Source: Flavobacterium sp. (GTDB lineage: Bacteria > Bacteroidota > Bacteroidia > Flavobacteriales > Flavobacteriaceae). Taken from it: a stretch of DNA of 64,000 bases. Below are positions 28,489-39,431 of this stretch, piece by piece. Numbering within the stretch: position 1 is the first letter of the stretch; every line of letters starts with the position of its first letter. The stretch is from assembly GCA_965284675.1 (NCBI GenBank), contig OZ260109.1:3257167-3321166 (forward strand), given 5' to 3'. Position numbers and translations under genes: made by a program. Under the pieces are notes generated by a model, which ran no database searches, was not told the origin of the DNA, and saw only the letters and a program-made list of their open reading frames with translations.

Positions 28489-29580
28489 TTACTTTATCAA
28501 TTTTACTATTTCTTCAACTATATCTTTTGTCGCATTGGGTTTGGCCAATTTCCTCATGTTTTCACTGAGGTTTTTTTGTAAATTTTCATCGCGAATCAGT
28601 TTATTAAAAACCGATTCAAAATTGGAGTCCAATTCACTTTCTTTCAGCAATAACGCGCCGTTTTTATCGGTGATGGCTTTAGCGTTTTTGGTTTGATGGT
28701 CTTCGGCAACGTTGGGCGACGGAACGAATAATGTGGGTTTTCCGACCAAACACAACTCCGAAACCGACGAAGCTCCGGCTCGCGAAATCACAAAATCGGC
28801 TGCTGCATAAATCAAATCCATTCGGTCAATAAACGAAATCACTTGCACGTTTTCGACTTCAGAAAATTGCTTGTATTCCGACATGTATAAATTCCCGCAT
28901 TGCCAGATGATTTGCAGGTTATTCGCAAGCAAAAAATCAATTTCTTTCGCCATCAACTGATTGATTCGTCGTGCGCCTAAACTCCCACCAATGACTAAAA
29001 GCGTCTTTTTATTATCATCCAAATTGAAATACGACAAGGCTTCACTTCGTTTTGAATCGATGTCTAAAATATCCTGACGAACCGGATTCCCAGTAAAAAC
29101 TATCTTCTCTTTCGGGAAAAAACGTTCTAAATTTTCATAGGCCACACAAATCGTATTGGCTTTTTTACTCAGTATTTTATTGGTAATTCCGGGATAGGAA
29201 TTTTGTTCCTGAATGACCGTTGGTATGTTCATGCTGTTGGCCATTTGCAATAACGGACCGCTTGCAAAACCGCCTGTTCCAATCACAGCGTTGGGTTTAA
29301 ACTTCTTGATGATACTTCGCGACTTCAATAAACTGCTTACTAATTTCATCGGAAACATCGCGTTTTGAAGCGTTATTTTGCGTTGAATTCCCGCAATCCA
29401 CAATCCTTCAATGGCATAACCTGCTTGTGGCACTTTTTGCATTTCCATTTTATCGTTGGCGCCTACAAATAGGAATTCGGCATCGGGAAAACGATTTTTT
29501 AATTCATTGGCAATAGCAATGGCAGGATAGATATGTCCTCCTGTTCCTCCGCCGCTGATGATGAATTTGTATGGTTTCAT
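28489..29580 (-). CDS. murG: Undecaprenyl-PP-MurNAc-pentapeptide GlcNAc transferase
   Basis: [44 protein letters not shown]. Confidence 0.97.
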   Translation of the reverse strand: MKPYKFIISGGGTGGHIYPAIAIANELKNRFPDAEFLFVGANDKMEMQKVPQAGYAIEGLWIAGIQRKITLQNAMFPMKLVSSLLKSRSIIKKFKPNAVIGTGGFASGPLLQMANSMNIPTVIQEQNSYPGITNKILSKKANTICVAYENLERFFPKEKIVFTGNPVRQDILDIDSKRSEALSYFNLDDNKKTLLVIGGSLGARRINQLMAKEIDFLLANNLQIIWQCGNLYMSEYKQFSEVENVQVISFIDRMDLIYAAADFVISRAGASSVSELCLVGKPTLFVPSPNVAEDHQTKNAKAITDKNGALLLKESELDSNFESVFNKLIRDENLQKNLSENMRKLAKPNATKDIVEEIVKLIK

Positions 29581-29581
29581 A

Positions 29582-29660
29582 TTTTTTGAATCACGGACTG
29601 AAGTCCATGGCTATTTATTATTTTATTATTGAATTCATGGCACTAAAGTGCCTAGCAATT
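29582..29660. repeat. REP-like hairpins between ftsW and murG
   Basis: CACGGACTGAAGTCCATGG and GGCAC-TAAA-GTGCC palindromes. Confidence 0.45.
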
Positions 29661-29681
29661 TAGCAATGCAATCACAATTAA

Positions 29682-30983
29682 TTATTTATTTAAAACTACA
29701 TTTATCGGGTTATCCTTAATCGAATAGTCTTCCTCTGAATCTTCTGTTTCCTCTTCTTTTAATTGTTTATCGATTAGGCGTTGCAACGCGTCTTCTCTTT
29801 TTTGTTTTTCTTGCAATTCTTCCGCAATTTCCTCTTCTTTCTTGGTTACGCTTAAAATGATTCCGATGGCGATACACGTCATCCAAACCGAGCTTCCACC
29901 CGAACTAATCAGCGGTAGCGTTTGTCCAGTTACGGGTAACAATTGAACGGCAACGGCCATATTAATCAGAGCTTGAAAAACGATAGGAAAACCCAAACCA
30001 ATGACTACTAATTTTCCGAAGGTGGAGTTGGCTTTGTGCGCGGCGATGACAAATCGGAATAGCAAAAGCAAGTACAAACAAAGCACTGAAATGCCGCCTA
30101 TGAGTCCGTATTCTTCGACAATAATCGCATAAATAAAATCGGATGACGATTGAGGAAGGAAATTCTTCTGAACACTTTTCCCCGGACCTAATCCATATAT
30201 TCCGCCGGTTGCAATGGCAGTTTTGGCGTATTCAATTTGGTATTTATCGTCGGAATCGGCGTCTTTATTTGAAAAATTCGCGATTCTATTTTCCCAAGTA
30301 GTCACCCGTTTAAAAATTCCAGGCACATGATTTGGATTGGCTTGTTCGAAAACTTTTGCAGTGAGGACAAACAGTACAAATAACAACAATCCGGAGCCCA
30401 CAATTATTCCGAGGTATTTTAAGGGATAATTCCCAGTAAATGTGAGCATCAACACCATCGCAAAAATGAGCGCTGCGGTGGAGAAGTTATTGGGCAGAAT
30501 GAGCATGATGGTAATTCCAATCGGCACCCATAAATTTACCAATGAGGTTTTGAACGGTTCTGTTTCGGATTTGGTTTTGGATAAATAGCGGGCGACAAAA
30601 ATCATCAACACAATAAACGCCAGAGCCGAAGTTTGGAATGAGATTCCGATGAACGGCACTTTGATCCAACGCGTGGCCGAGCCTTGTTCGATACCGAAAA
30701 ACAAGGTATAACTCAGCAATAGCCAAACAACGGGTAATAAAATTCTGGAAATTCCTCTAAAATAGTGGTACGGAATTTTATGGACTTGGTAAATGATAAA
30801 AAATCCGATGAAAATGTGCGCTAAATGCTTGACAAAATAGGTAATGGCATTACCCGAACCGTGTCGCATATACGCCAAATTACTACTTGCGCTAAAAACA
30901 GGCATAAACGAAAACAACGCCAAGAGAGCAACGAATGCCCAAATGACTTTATCTCCTTTTAAACTGTTTATTATTTTTAGCAT
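29682..30983 (-). CDS. ftsW: SEDS protein FtsW
   Basis: ATRWI, FQTS, GGIYGLGPGKS, LPQSSSDFIYAIIVEEYG, LPLISSGGSS; location in the dcw cluster. Confidence 0.95.
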   Translation of the reverse strand: MLKIINSLKGDKVIWAFVALLALFSFMPVFSASSNLAYMRHGSGNAITYFVKHLAHIFIGFFIIYQVHKIPYHYFRGISRILLPVVWLLLSYTLFFGIEQGSATRWIKVPFIGISFQTSALAFIVLMIFVARYLSKTKSETEPFKTSLVNLWVPIGITIMLILPNNFSTAALIFAMVLMLTFTGNYPLKYLGIIVGSGLLLFVLFVLTAKVFEQANPNHVPGIFKRVTTWENRIANFSNKDADSDDKYQIEYAKTAIATGGIYGLGPGKSVQKNFLPQSSSDFIYAIIVEEYGLIGGISVLCLYLLLLFRFVIAAHKANSTFGKLVVIGLGFPIVFQALINMAVAVQLLPVTGQTLPLISSGGSSVWMTCIAIGIILSVTKKEEEIAEELQEKQKREDALQRLIDKQLKEEETEDSEEDYSIKDNPINVVLNK

Positions 30984-31005
30984 TTTCTTTATTTACTTTT
31001 AGAAA

Positions 31006-31030
31006 AGACAGACTGCAGTCTGTCTCTACA
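31006..31030. repeat. Perfect 20-bp palindrome, GTAGAGAC-type REP-like
   Basis: AGACAGACTGCAGTCTGTCT is self-complementary (31006-31025) and is followed by CTACA. Confidence 0.6.
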
Positions 31031-31073
31031 TTGAACATCTTAAAACTTTTATATTCTTGCTTTTTGTTCCCTG

Positions 31074-31150
31074 TCTAGCCCTGATTGGATCTCGTCTTTT
31101 GGAACGAGAGAAAAGCAGGAAAAGGGATTACAAAAAAGCCCAAGCCATCC
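31074..31150 (+). repeat. TAGCCCTGA-family dispersed repeat between murD and ftsW
   Basis: TCTAGCCCTGA...ATCTCGTCTTTTGGAACGAGAGAA; the core nearly matches the reverse complement of 18558-18582. Confidence 0.65.
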
Positions 31151-31160
31151 GCTCTAAATT

Positions 31161-32495
31161 TTACAAATTCCGAACTTCTCTCTTAAATTGATTACCTCTG
31201 TCTTCGTAATTTTGAAACAAGTCGAAACTCGCACAAGCAGGCGACAATAATACGGTATCGCCTTTTTCGGCGATGTGACGCGCTGTGTTTACAGCATCGT
31301 GCATATTATCTACTTCGACCATCATGTCGACGATATTTCCGAAAGCATCGATGATTTTTTTATTGTCAATTCCAAGGCAAATAATGGCTTTTACTTTTTC
31401 ATGCACTAGCGACATCAACTCCGAATAATCGTTTCCTTTATCAACACCACCCATAATCCAAACGGTTGGTGAAGTCATGCTGTCTAGAGCAAAGAACGAA
31501 GCATTGACATTGGTCGCTTTACTGTCGTTTACGTACTGAACATTCTGAATTTTGAGCACCTTTTCCAAACGGTGTTCAACTCCTTGAAAATTAGACAAAC
31601 TTTCACGAATCGTTTGCTTTCTGATGCGCATTAATTGGGCGACAGAAGTAGCTGCCATTGCATTTTTCATGTTGTGCTTTCCTTCCAATGCAATTTGTGC
31701 TGTTTCCATTAAAAACTCTTCTTGATTGATGTTGATTTCCATAGTGTTGTTGTTTAAATAGGCTCCGTTTTCTATTCGCTTTGAAATTGAAAAGGGTATT
31801 ACTTGTGCTCTTACTTTATTGTTTTGTAACCAGTTCGAAATGGCTTCATCATCGGCGTCGTAGATGAGATAATCCTCTTCGGTTTGGTTCATTGTTATTC
31901 TAAATTTCGACGCGATGTAATTTTCATACTTGTAATCGTATCGATCTAAATGATCCGGACTGATGTTGGTAATGATGGCGATGTGCGGCTTATACTTGAT
32001 GATGCCGTCCAACTGAAAACTGCTCAACTCCAACACATACGAATCGTACGTTTCTTCGGCCACTTGCCAGGCAAAACTCTTTCCGATGTTGCCGCCTAAA
32101 CCGACGTTCAATCCACCTTCTTTGAGCAAATGATACGTCAGCATCGTCGTGGTCGTTTTTCCATTGCTTCCTGTAATTCCTATGGTGAGCGCTTGGTTAA
32201 ATTGGTCCGCAAACTCAATTTCGGAAATCACGGAAATTCCTTTTTCAACCAACTTTTTTACGATGGGCGCTTTATCGGGAATTCCGGGACTTTTCATTAC
32301 GACATCAGCGTTCAGAATTAAATCTTCTGTGTGCTGTTCGTCTTCCCATTTAATGTCATACTGATTAAGAACGTCTTTATAATTGTCTTTTATTTTTCCG
32401 AAATCGGATACAAAAACATCGTACCCTTCTTTCTTTCCCAAAATAGCTGTACCTACTCCGCTTTCACCACCACCCAGAACTACTAACCTTTGCAT
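31161..32495 (-). CDS. murD: UDP-MurNAc-L-Ala--D-Glu ligase
   Basis: Start [13 protein letters not shown] at ATG 32495 (TAATG overlap with mraY); GITGSNGKTTT, LELSSFQL, NDSKATN, LLSPACASFD. Confidence 0.97.
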   Translation of the reverse strand: MQRLVVLGGGESGVGTAILGKKEGYDVFVSDFGKIKDNYKDVLNQYDIKWEDEQHTEDLILNADVVMKSPGIPDKAPIVKKLVEKGISVISEIEFADQFNQALTIGITGSNGKTTTTMLTYHLLKEGGLNVGLGGNIGKSFAWQVAEETYDSYVLELSSFQLDGIIKYKPHIAIITNISPDHLDRYDYKYENYIASKFRITMNQTEEDYLIYDADDEAISNWLQNNKVRAQVIPFSISKRIENGAYLNNNTMEININQEEFLMETAQIALEGKHNMKNAMAATSVAQLMRIRKQTIRESLSNFQGVEHRLEKVLKIQNVQYVNDSKATNVNASFFALDSMTSPTVWIMGGVDKGNDYSELMSLVHEKVKAIICLGIDNKKIIDAFGNIVDMMVEVDNMHDAVNTARHIAEKGDTVLLSPACASFDLFQNYEDRGNQFKREVRNL

Positions 32496-33721
32496 TATCT
32501 CAATTTTAGCGTTACAATCGAAACGATGGTTAATAGAATCGTTACAATCCAAAAACGCGTTACAATTTTACTTTCGTGGTAGCCTTTTTTCTGATAATGA
32601 TGGTGCAAAGGCGACATGAGGAATACACGCCTACCTTCGCCAAATCGCTTCTTCGTGTATTTGAAATAGGTTACCTGTATGATTACGGAGGCACTTTCGG
32701 CAAAGAAAATCGCGCATAAAACGGGCAGTAACATTTCTTTTCTCACTGAAATTGCTAAAACCGCTATGATTCCGCCTATCGTTAAACTTCCGGTATCACC
32801 CATGAAAACCGATGCCGGATATGAATTGTACCATAAAAATCCGATGAGCGAACCCACGAAAGCCGCAATAAATACAGTCATTTCGCCCGAATTTGGGATG
32901 TACATGATGTTGAGATAACTCGAGAAAATAATATTCCCAGAAACGAAGGTGAAAATTCCGAGTGCCAAAACTGATATGGCCGAAGTTCCTGCGGCGAGAC
33001 CATCAATTCCGTCGGTTAAATTGGCTCCGTTTGAAACCGCTGTGATGATAAAAATCACAATTGGAATGAACACCAACCACGCCCAATTTTGATAGCCATC
33101 GCCCGTCCACGCAATGATTTGAGCGTAGTCAAATTCGTTATTTTTTACAAAAGGAATGGTCGTGGCAGTCGATTTATATTCGTTGGGAATACTCGAAATC
33201 ACATTTTCTTTTTGATTGAATGTTATTGGCGTAGACGATTTTTCGCGCACCGTCACACTTGGGTGAAAATACAATACCGAACCTACGATTAATCCCAATC
33301 CGACTTGACCAATTACTTTAAAAATTCCTTTTAATCCTTGTTTATCTTTTTTAAATATTTTGATGTAATCGTCAATGAAACCTATTGTTCCCATCCAAAC
33401 TGTCGTGATGATTAACAAAATGATGTAAATGTTGTTCAACTTGGTTAACAATAAAACCGGAATCAGTGTTGCGATGATGATGATCAATCCACCCATCGTT
33501 GGCGTTCCCGCTTTTTGCGTCTGTCCGTCCAAACCGAGTTCTCTTACGGTTTCACCTACTTGTTTGTTGCGTAGAAACGTGATGATTTTTTTACCGTAAA
33601 TGGTAGAAATCATCAACGATAAAATTATCGCCAAAGCCGAACGAAACGTGATGTACTGAAACACTCCCGTTCCCGGAACGTCTAAGGTTTTGTCTAAGTA
33701 TTCAAATAAGTAGTATAACAT
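32495..33721 (-). CDS. mraY: Phospho-MurNAc-pentapeptide transferase
   Basis: [44 protein letters not shown]. Confidence 0.97.
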   Translation of the reverse strand: MLYYLFEYLDKTLDVPGTGVFQYITFRSALAIILSLMISTIYGKKIITFLRNKQVGETVRELGLDGQTQKAGTPTMGGLIIIIATLIPVLLLTKLNNIYIILLIITTVWMGTIGFIDDYIKIFKKDKQGLKGIFKVIGQVGLGLIVGSVLYFHPSVTVREKSSTPITFNQKENVISSIPNEYKSTATTIPFVKNNEFDYAQIIAWTGDGYQNWAWLVFIPIVIFIITAVSNGANLTDGIDGLAAGTSAISVLALGIFTFVSGNIIFSSYLNIMYIPNSGEMTVFIAAFVGSLIGFLWYNSYPASVFMGDTGSLTIGGIIAVLAISVRKEMLLPVLCAIFFAESASVIIQVTYFKYTKKRFGEGRRVFLMSPLHHHYQKKGYHESKIVTRFWIVTILLTIVSIVTLKLR

Positions 33722-33797
33722 AGTTACTATTTTAAATTTTGAATTTTAAATTTTAAATTTCTTCTCATTGCGAAACTTGTTCTTTAAAATTGAAATG

Positions 33798-35261
33798 TTA
33801 CTTGTTCATTTGTTCTAAAAACTCTTTAACCATTTTCATATCATCAAAATCGTGGCGCACGCCTTGAATTTCTTGATACGTTTCGTGTCCTTTTCCAGCG
33901 ATCAAAATGATATCATTTGGATTGGCCAGTTGGCATGCGGTTTTTATTGCTTGTTTTCTATCGACTATCGACAGTGATTTTTTAAAATTTTGAGGTTCAA
34001 CACCGGCTTCCATTTGGGCGATGATGGTTTCCGGATTTTCCGATCTCGGATTGTCGGAAGTCAGGATCACTTTATCGCTCATTGTTGTGGCAATATTGGC
34101 CATGATCGGACGCTTTGTGGTGTCACGATCTCCGCCGCAACCTACAACCGTAATCAATTGTTCGTTTTTAGTTCGGATGTCAGCAATCGTTTTTAATACG
34201 TTTTCCAACGCATCGGGCGTGTGTGCATAATCGACAATGGCGGTGATTTTTGAATCGGAGATGATGAATTGAAATCGTCCCGAAACACTTTCCAATTCCG
34301 ACAACAATCGCAATACTTCCAATCGTTCCAATCCGAGTTCGACTGCGGTTCCGTAAATCGCCAATAAATTGTAGGCATTAAAGGTTCCGATTAATCGCAC
34401 CCATACTTCACTTTCATTGATTTTAAGCAGTAAACCACCTAATTGATTTTCTAAAATTTGCGCTTTGTATTCGGCGTATGATTTTAACGCATACGTCAAT
34501 TTTCGAGCGGCTGTATTTTGAAGCATCACCAAACCGTTTTTGTCATCGATGTTCGTCAGAGCAAAAGCTGTTTTTGGCAAATGATCGAAAAACGACTTTT
34601 TTACATCGCGGTATTCTGAAAATGTTTCATGATAATCGAGGTGATCGTGCGATAAATTCGTAAAAACACCACCGGCAAACTCCAATCCTTCAGTACGCTT
34701 TTGATGTACACCGTGCGAGCTCACTTCCATAAAGCAAAACTCACACCCAATAGCGACCATTTCATTCAAATAGTGATTGATGGTTAATGAATCGGGAGTT
34801 GTATGTGTGGCTTTATATTCGACATCATCCACCATAATTTTTACCGTGGAAAGCAAACCTACTTTATAGCCTGCTTTTTTAAACAATTGAAATAAAAGCG
34901 AGGCGATGGTTGTTTTTCCGTTGGTTCCAGTGATTCCGACCAATCGCAATTTAGTTGACGGATTATCGAAATAATTGGTCGACATAAAAGCCAAAGCCGA
35001 ATTGGTGTCTTTTACTTGGATGTACGTAATTCCGGTTACAATCACTTCGGGAAGTTCGTCGCAAACAATAGCAATCGCACCCAGATTTATGGCTTTTTCA
35101 ATGAAATCATGACCGTTAGAAACTGTTCCTCGAATGGCAACAAATACGTCATTTTCCACAATTTTTCTCGAATCGAATTCGATTTTGTGGATGGCCATTT
35201 CGGTAGAGCCTTTTACGACTTCTAGCGCTACTTTATATAATATGTCTTTAAGAATAATCAC
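33798..35261 (-). CDS. murE: UDP-MurNAc-dipeptide--diaminopimelate ligase
   Basis: GITGTNGKTT, HTTPD, MEVSSH, VDYAHTPDAL, GCGGDRD, DNPR, LIAGKGHE. Confidence 0.97.
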   Translation of the reverse strand: MIILKDILYKVALEVVKGSTEMAIHKIEFDSRKIVENDVFVAIRGTVSNGHDFIEKAINLGAIAIVCDELPEVIVTGITYIQVKDTNSALAFMSTNYFDNPSTKLRLVGITGTNGKTTIASLLFQLFKKAGYKVGLLSTVKIMVDDVEYKATHTTPDSLTINHYLNEMVAIGCEFCFMEVSSHGVHQKRTEGLEFAGGVFTNLSHDHLDYHETFSEYRDVKKSFFDHLPKTAFALTNIDDKNGLVMLQNTAARKLTYALKSYAEYKAQILENQLGGLLLKINESEVWVRLIGTFNAYNLLAIYGTAVELGLERLEVLRLLSELESVSGRFQFIISDSKITAIVDYAHTPDALENVLKTIADIRTKNEQLITVVGCGGDRDTTKRPIMANIATTMSDKVILTSDNPRSENPETIIAQMEAGVEPQNFKKSLSIVDRKQAIKTACQLANPNDIILIAGKGHETYQEIQGVRHDFDDMKMVKEFLEQMNK

Positions 35262-37255
35262 GATAATTCTAATAGTATGATTTTGTTTTTCTGAATTGTT
35301 TCTCCGGGTTTGAGTGATTGTGATTTTACTTTTCCGGTTCCCACCACTCTTACTTTGAGCTTTAAATTTTCTAATAAAGCGACCGCATCCATTCCGGACA
35401 TTCCAATCAAATTCGGAACGTAAAGTGGCTTGGAATTGATTTTTGTATAATAATTATCAAAATTCTGCTCTTGTGTTTTTATTTTCTTGTTCAAGTTTTT
35501 AACCTCATTCGTCGTTGGCGCATCGGTAAAAATCTTCTGTGCAATTCGTTTAAAAACCGGACCTGCCACATCGGCACCGTAATAACCTGCTGCCACATTT
35601 GGTTTATGTACCACCACTATACACGAATATTTCGGCTCTTCAACAGGGAAGAAACCTACAAACGACGAAGCGTAATACATGCTTCCGTCTTTTTTGTGGT
35701 AATCTACTTGCGCCGTTCCCGTTTTGCCCGCCATCGAAAAATCCTTAGAATAAAGTTTTGAACCCGTTCCGCGTTTTACTACATTTTGCAAAACTGCCTT
35801 AAGTTTATTCACCGTTTCTTGGTCGCAAATCTTTTTGTTGATGACTTGCTTGTCGTATTTTTTGATGGTTTTGTTCCATTCTTTGATTTCGGAAACGAAT
35901 TGGGGTTTTACCATTTCACCGTTGTTGGCAATCGCATTGTACACAGCTAAAGTCTGCAATGGCGTGATGGCAACGTTGTATCCGAAAGCCATCCAGGGTA
36001 AAGTGTTTCTATCCCAGCCTTTTTCGCCCGGTTGATACACGGTTGGTTTTCCTTCACCTTTAAAAGGTAATCCAAGTGGCTTGTTCAATCCCATTCGGTT
36101 GATTCGATTGACGAATTCTTCTGGATTATTTTTATAATTCTCGTACACCGCTTGCACTAAAACGGTATTTGAAGACAATTCAAAACCTTTGGCCAATGAT
36201 ATTTTTCCGTACCCTTTCCCATTTGAATCCGTTACACTTTCTCCATTGTAAATAATTACGCCGCCGCGACTATCGTATACTTTGCTTGTATCCACTTTTT
36301 TATCATCTAAAAGCGCAATCATGTCAATCAACTTGAACGTTGAACCCGGTTCGTGTGATTCGGCAACCGCATAATTAATGGTTTCGTAATACGAGCCGTC
36401 TTTGGCTCTTCCCAAATTGGAAATCGCCTTTACATAGCCAGTTTTCGTTTCCATAACTACTACGCATCCATGATCGGCTTGGTAGAACTCGAGTTGTTTG
36501 AGCAAGGCATGATGGGCAATATCCTGAATGTAGACATCAATGGTGGAAATTACGTCGTAACCGTCTTGAGGTTCTACTTCATTGACATCGCGAATAGGTT
36601 TCCATTGACCTTTAGCGATTTTTTGTTTCAGAACTTTTCCGTCTTTTCCGTTAAGGTATTTTCCGTATGCGCCTTCAATGCCGACTCTTCTTAGTACGCC
36701 GTTTTCGTCTTTTCGTTCGTACCCAATCGTTCGTTCGGCGATGATGCCAATTGGATGTTCACGAACGGTTTTTTGTTCGGTAATGATTCCACCTTTATAC
36801 GTTCCTTTATTGAAAAGCGGCATATTTTTCACCTGAATGTATTCGGTGTAACTCAAGTCTTTGGCAATTAAGAAGTACCGGTTTTTATTGGTTCGAGCTT
36901 TTCGTAGTTCAGATAAAATTTCAGATTTTGGCTTTTCTAGTAATAATGCTAATTGCAACGCCAACGAATCGACATGCGTGTCGAAATCTTCTTTTTTTGG
37001 AGCCACCGCATCGAAACGAATGGTGTAATTAGGAATGGAAGTCGCCAACAAACTACCATCGGCCGAATAAATATTTCCTTTATTGGCTGGGATGACAAAG
37101 TGCTTTACCGTTTCTTGTTTGGCTAAATTTTTATAGTATTCGCCTTCCACCACTTGAATATTCGTCAACTTTACTGCAATAGCAATAGCGATCAGGAACA
37201 TAAAAAATGCTACTAGATAAATTCGGTAGGAATTATTTTTATCTGCTACTGCCAT
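35258..37255 (-). CDS. ftsI: Septal penicillin-binding protein with PASTA domain
   Basis: EPGSTFK (SXXK), SSN, AGKTGTAQ (KTG), C-terminal VPNLIGM PASTA domain. Confidence 0.93.
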   Translation of the reverse strand: MAVADKNNSYRIYLVAFFMFLIAIAIAVKLTNIQVVEGEYYKNLAKQETVKHFVIPANKGNIYSADGSLLATSIPNYTIRFDAVAPKKEDFDTHVDSLALQLALLLEKPKSEILSELRKARTNKNRYFLIAKDLSYTEYIQVKNMPLFNKGTYKGGIITEQKTVREHPIGIIAERTIGYERKDENGVLRRVGIEGAYGKYLNGKDGKVLKQKIAKGQWKPIRDVNEVEPQDGYDVISTIDVYIQDIAHHALLKQLEFYQADHGCVVVMETKTGYVKAISNLGRAKDGSYYETINYAVAESHEPGSTFKLIDMIALLDDKKVDTSKVYDSRGGVIIYNGESVTDSNGKGYGKISLAKGFELSSNTVLVQAVYENYKNNPEEFVNRINRMGLNKPLGLPFKGEGKPTVYQPGEKGWDRNTLPWMAFGYNVAITPLQTLAVYNAIANNGEMVKPQFVSEIKEWNKTIKKYDKQVINKKICDQETVNKLKAVLQNVVKRGTGSKLYSKDFSMAGKTGTAQVDYHKKDGSMYYASSFVGFFPVEEPKYSCIVVVHKPNVAAGYYGADVAGPVFKRIAQKIFTDAPTTNEVKNLNKKIKTQEQNFDNYYTKINSKPLYVPNLIGMSGMDAVALLENLKLKVRVVGTGKVKSQSLKPGETIQKNKIILLELS

Positions 37256-37593
37256 AATTTCTTGAAGAAGCTTTTCTCTTCGGGTTGTTTTACTTTTATT
37301 TTTACGGGTGGAACTTGCGAGGGAAAAATGCCTCTAGTTTCCATTTTTTTGGATATCGTTGATTCCATTTTCAGTTTCATCAACTGAGATCTTCTATCTA
37401 CAAACTCAGAGCGTAACTCTTTAACTTCATCCGATAAATCGGCTATTTTGAAAACTTTTTGTTCGAATCGGTGTGTATTGGCAATCATGATAATGGCAAG
37501 AACAATTAGAAAAACAATGAATCGCCAGTTTTTGGTAGCGTCTTCATTGACTAAAAATCGAGCTTTTAATATGTTGTATATTTTTCCTTTCAT
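37246..37593 (-). CDS. ftsL: Cell division protein FtsL-like
   Basis: TM helix followed by a coiled coil (VKELRSEFVDRRSQLM); lies between rsmH and ftsI. Confidence 0.85.
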   Translation of the reverse strand: MKGKIYNILKARFLVNEDATKNWRFIVFLIVLAIIMIANTHRFEQKVFKIADLSDEVKELRSEFVDRRSQLMKLKMESTISKKMETRGIFPSQVPPVKIKVKQPEEKSFFKKLWQ

Positions 37594-37665
37594 ATTTTCA
37601 CCACAAAGACACTAAGGCGCCAAGATTTATTTTTTATTCCTTTTCTGAATACTGTTTACTGACCA

Positions 37666-38574
37666 CTACTTCTTTTCTGCGATACGAAGTTTGGCACTTC
37701 GAGCGCGGTTGTTAATTCTGATTTCAGCATCTGATGGAACAATTAATTTCCCAATCAACTTAAAAGGAACTGAAAAATTTCCGAAAAAGTCGCGTTCGGG
37801 TTCTCCCTCAAACATGCCGTTTTTCATGAAACGCTTTACCAATCGATCTTCCAGTGAGTGATACGAAATCACACTCAATCGTCCTTCCGGTTTTAAAATC
37901 TGCAAGGATTGTTCTAAAAATTCTCTCAAAACATCCATTTCTTGATTGACTTCAATACGAACCGCTTGATAAATCTGAGCCAATATTTTATTGCTAAAAT
38001 GAGCAGGCAAATGTTTTCCTAAAATGCTTTTCAACTCTTCAGTGGTGCGAATTACCTTTTTCTCACGTGCATCGATTATGGTTCGCGATAAAGCAGGAGC
38101 ATTTTTCAATTCGCCGTAATCATAAAATACGCGTTTCAAATTTTCGTCGTCGTATTCGTTGATGACTTTAAAAGCGTCCAACTCATTTTTTTTGCTCATC
38201 CGCATATCCAAACCCGCATCAAAACGTGTGGAAAAACCTCTTTCCGGCACATCAAATTGATGCGATGACACGCCTAAATCGGCCAAAATTCCGTCTACTT
38301 CTGTGACTCCGTGGAACCTCAAAAAACGTTTGATGTATCTGAAATTTTCAGGAATCAATACAAATCGATCATCGTCTAACGCATTTTCCAAAGCATCCTC
38401 ATCCTGGTCAAAACCAAACAGTTTTCCTTTTGGCCCTAACCGACTCAAAATTTCTTTCGAATGTCCGCCGCCGCCAAAAGTCACGTCGACGTATACGCCA
38501 TCGGGATTGATATTCAATCCGTCTACTGTTTCCTTTAAAAGAACAGGATTATGATAGTCCATTGTCGTCGTCAT
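37666..38574 (-). CDS. rsmH: 16S rRNA m4C1402 methyltransferase
   Basis: HNPVLL, VDVTFGGGGHS, DLGVSSHQFD, ISYHSLEDR, NNRARSAKLR. Confidence 0.97.
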   Translation of the reverse strand: MTTTMDYHNPVLLKETVDGLNINPDGVYVDVTFGGGGHSKEILSRLGPKGKLFGFDQDEDALENALDDDRFVLIPENFRYIKRFLRFHGVTEVDGILADLGVSSHQFDVPERGFSTRFDAGLDMRMSKKNELDAFKVINEYDDENLKRVFYDYGELKNAPALSRTIIDAREKKVIRTTEELKSILGKHLPAHFSNKILAQIYQAVRIEVNQEMDVLREFLEQSLQILKPEGRLSVISYHSLEDRLVKRFMKNGMFEGEPERDFFGNFSVPFKLIGKLIVPSDAEIRINNRARSAKLRIAEKK

Positions 38575-39022
38575 TTACATTTCCCATTACGTCTTCAGCC
38601 AAATCTGCAAAGTCGACCACCGAGTCATCTATGGCTTTTTCATACAATTCTTTATCCCAAATTTCGATGATGTTCACAGCCGAATTCAACACGATATCTT
38701 TCGATATTTTCGCAAAAACGGTAAGATCTTTTGGCACGAGCAAACGGCCTAAATTATCGATTTCTACCACTTTTACTCCGGCTGAAAAACGTCGGATGAA
38801 ATCATTATTCTTTTTTACAAATCGGTTGAGCTTGTTGATTTTCTGCATCATCAAATTCCATTCACTCATCGGATACAATTCCAAACAAGGTTGAAAAACA
38901 GAACGCTTCAAGACAAAACCGTCCTGAATCGAAGCAGCCAGTTGCTTTTTTAAAGGCGCTGGCAATAACAGCCTTCCTTTAGCATCTACTTTACATTCGT
39001 ATGTTCCAATGATTGAGTTCAC
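38549..39022 (-). CDS. mraZ: Division/cell-wall cluster regulator MraZ
   Basis: GTYECKVDAKGRL and VEIDNLGRLLVPK AbrB-like repeats. Confidence 0.95.
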   Translation of the reverse strand: MNSIIGTYECKVDAKGRLLLPAPLKKQLAASIQDGFVLKRSVFQPCLELYPMSEWNLMMQKINKLNRFVKKNNDFIRRFSAGVKVVEIDNLGRLLVPKDLTVFAKISKDIVLNSAVNIIEIWDKELYEKAIDDSVVDFADLAEDVMGNVNDDDNGLS

Positions 39023-39043
39023 TACCTTATTTTACGATTAAGA

Positions 39044-39110
39044 GCAAAAATATAAAATAATTTACCACATTTTACCACTAATCTCCACTTTGTTAATAAG
39101 TTTTACCACT
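39044..39110 (-). promoter_or_regulatory. dcw promoter with MraZ-binding direct repeats
   Basis: -7 box TATTTTTG near 39045-39052; GTGG repeats at a 10-bp period (CCAC at 39065, 39075, 39085) and a fourth at 39106. Confidence 0.8.
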
Positions 39111-39431
39111 TAAATCCCTTTTTTGCCTCAAGCTGATTTTTTTTGATTTTAAATAAAAAACAAGAAATTGGTTGTAGTGATGAATTTTAGATAAAATTTT
39201 TAGACTGAATTGGAATATATTATTGATTATTTAATGATTTTCTTAAATTTTGAAAGACACATAAATCTCTTTTTATATTGATAGTGAAGCGTTTATCAAA
39301 ATGTTATTTTTCGGTTAAGAAAGAAGTTTTTTAAATTGAATGTAAAAATGTATCTTAGCGTTCTTAGATAAAAAGGTTATATTTGCAGCTTTACGCTACG
39401 ACACAAAAAGGATATAAATCGGCACTAAAAG

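Noticed and set aside
33722-33797. murF (and ddl) missing from the dcw cluster
   Set aside because: As I recall, Flavobacteriia usually encode these elsewhere; only an AT-rich heptamer array lies here, with no gene remnant.
39110-39430. Long AT-rich intergenic region as a possible oriC
   Set aside because: No clustered TTATCCACA-type DnaA boxes; explained by divergent promoters.
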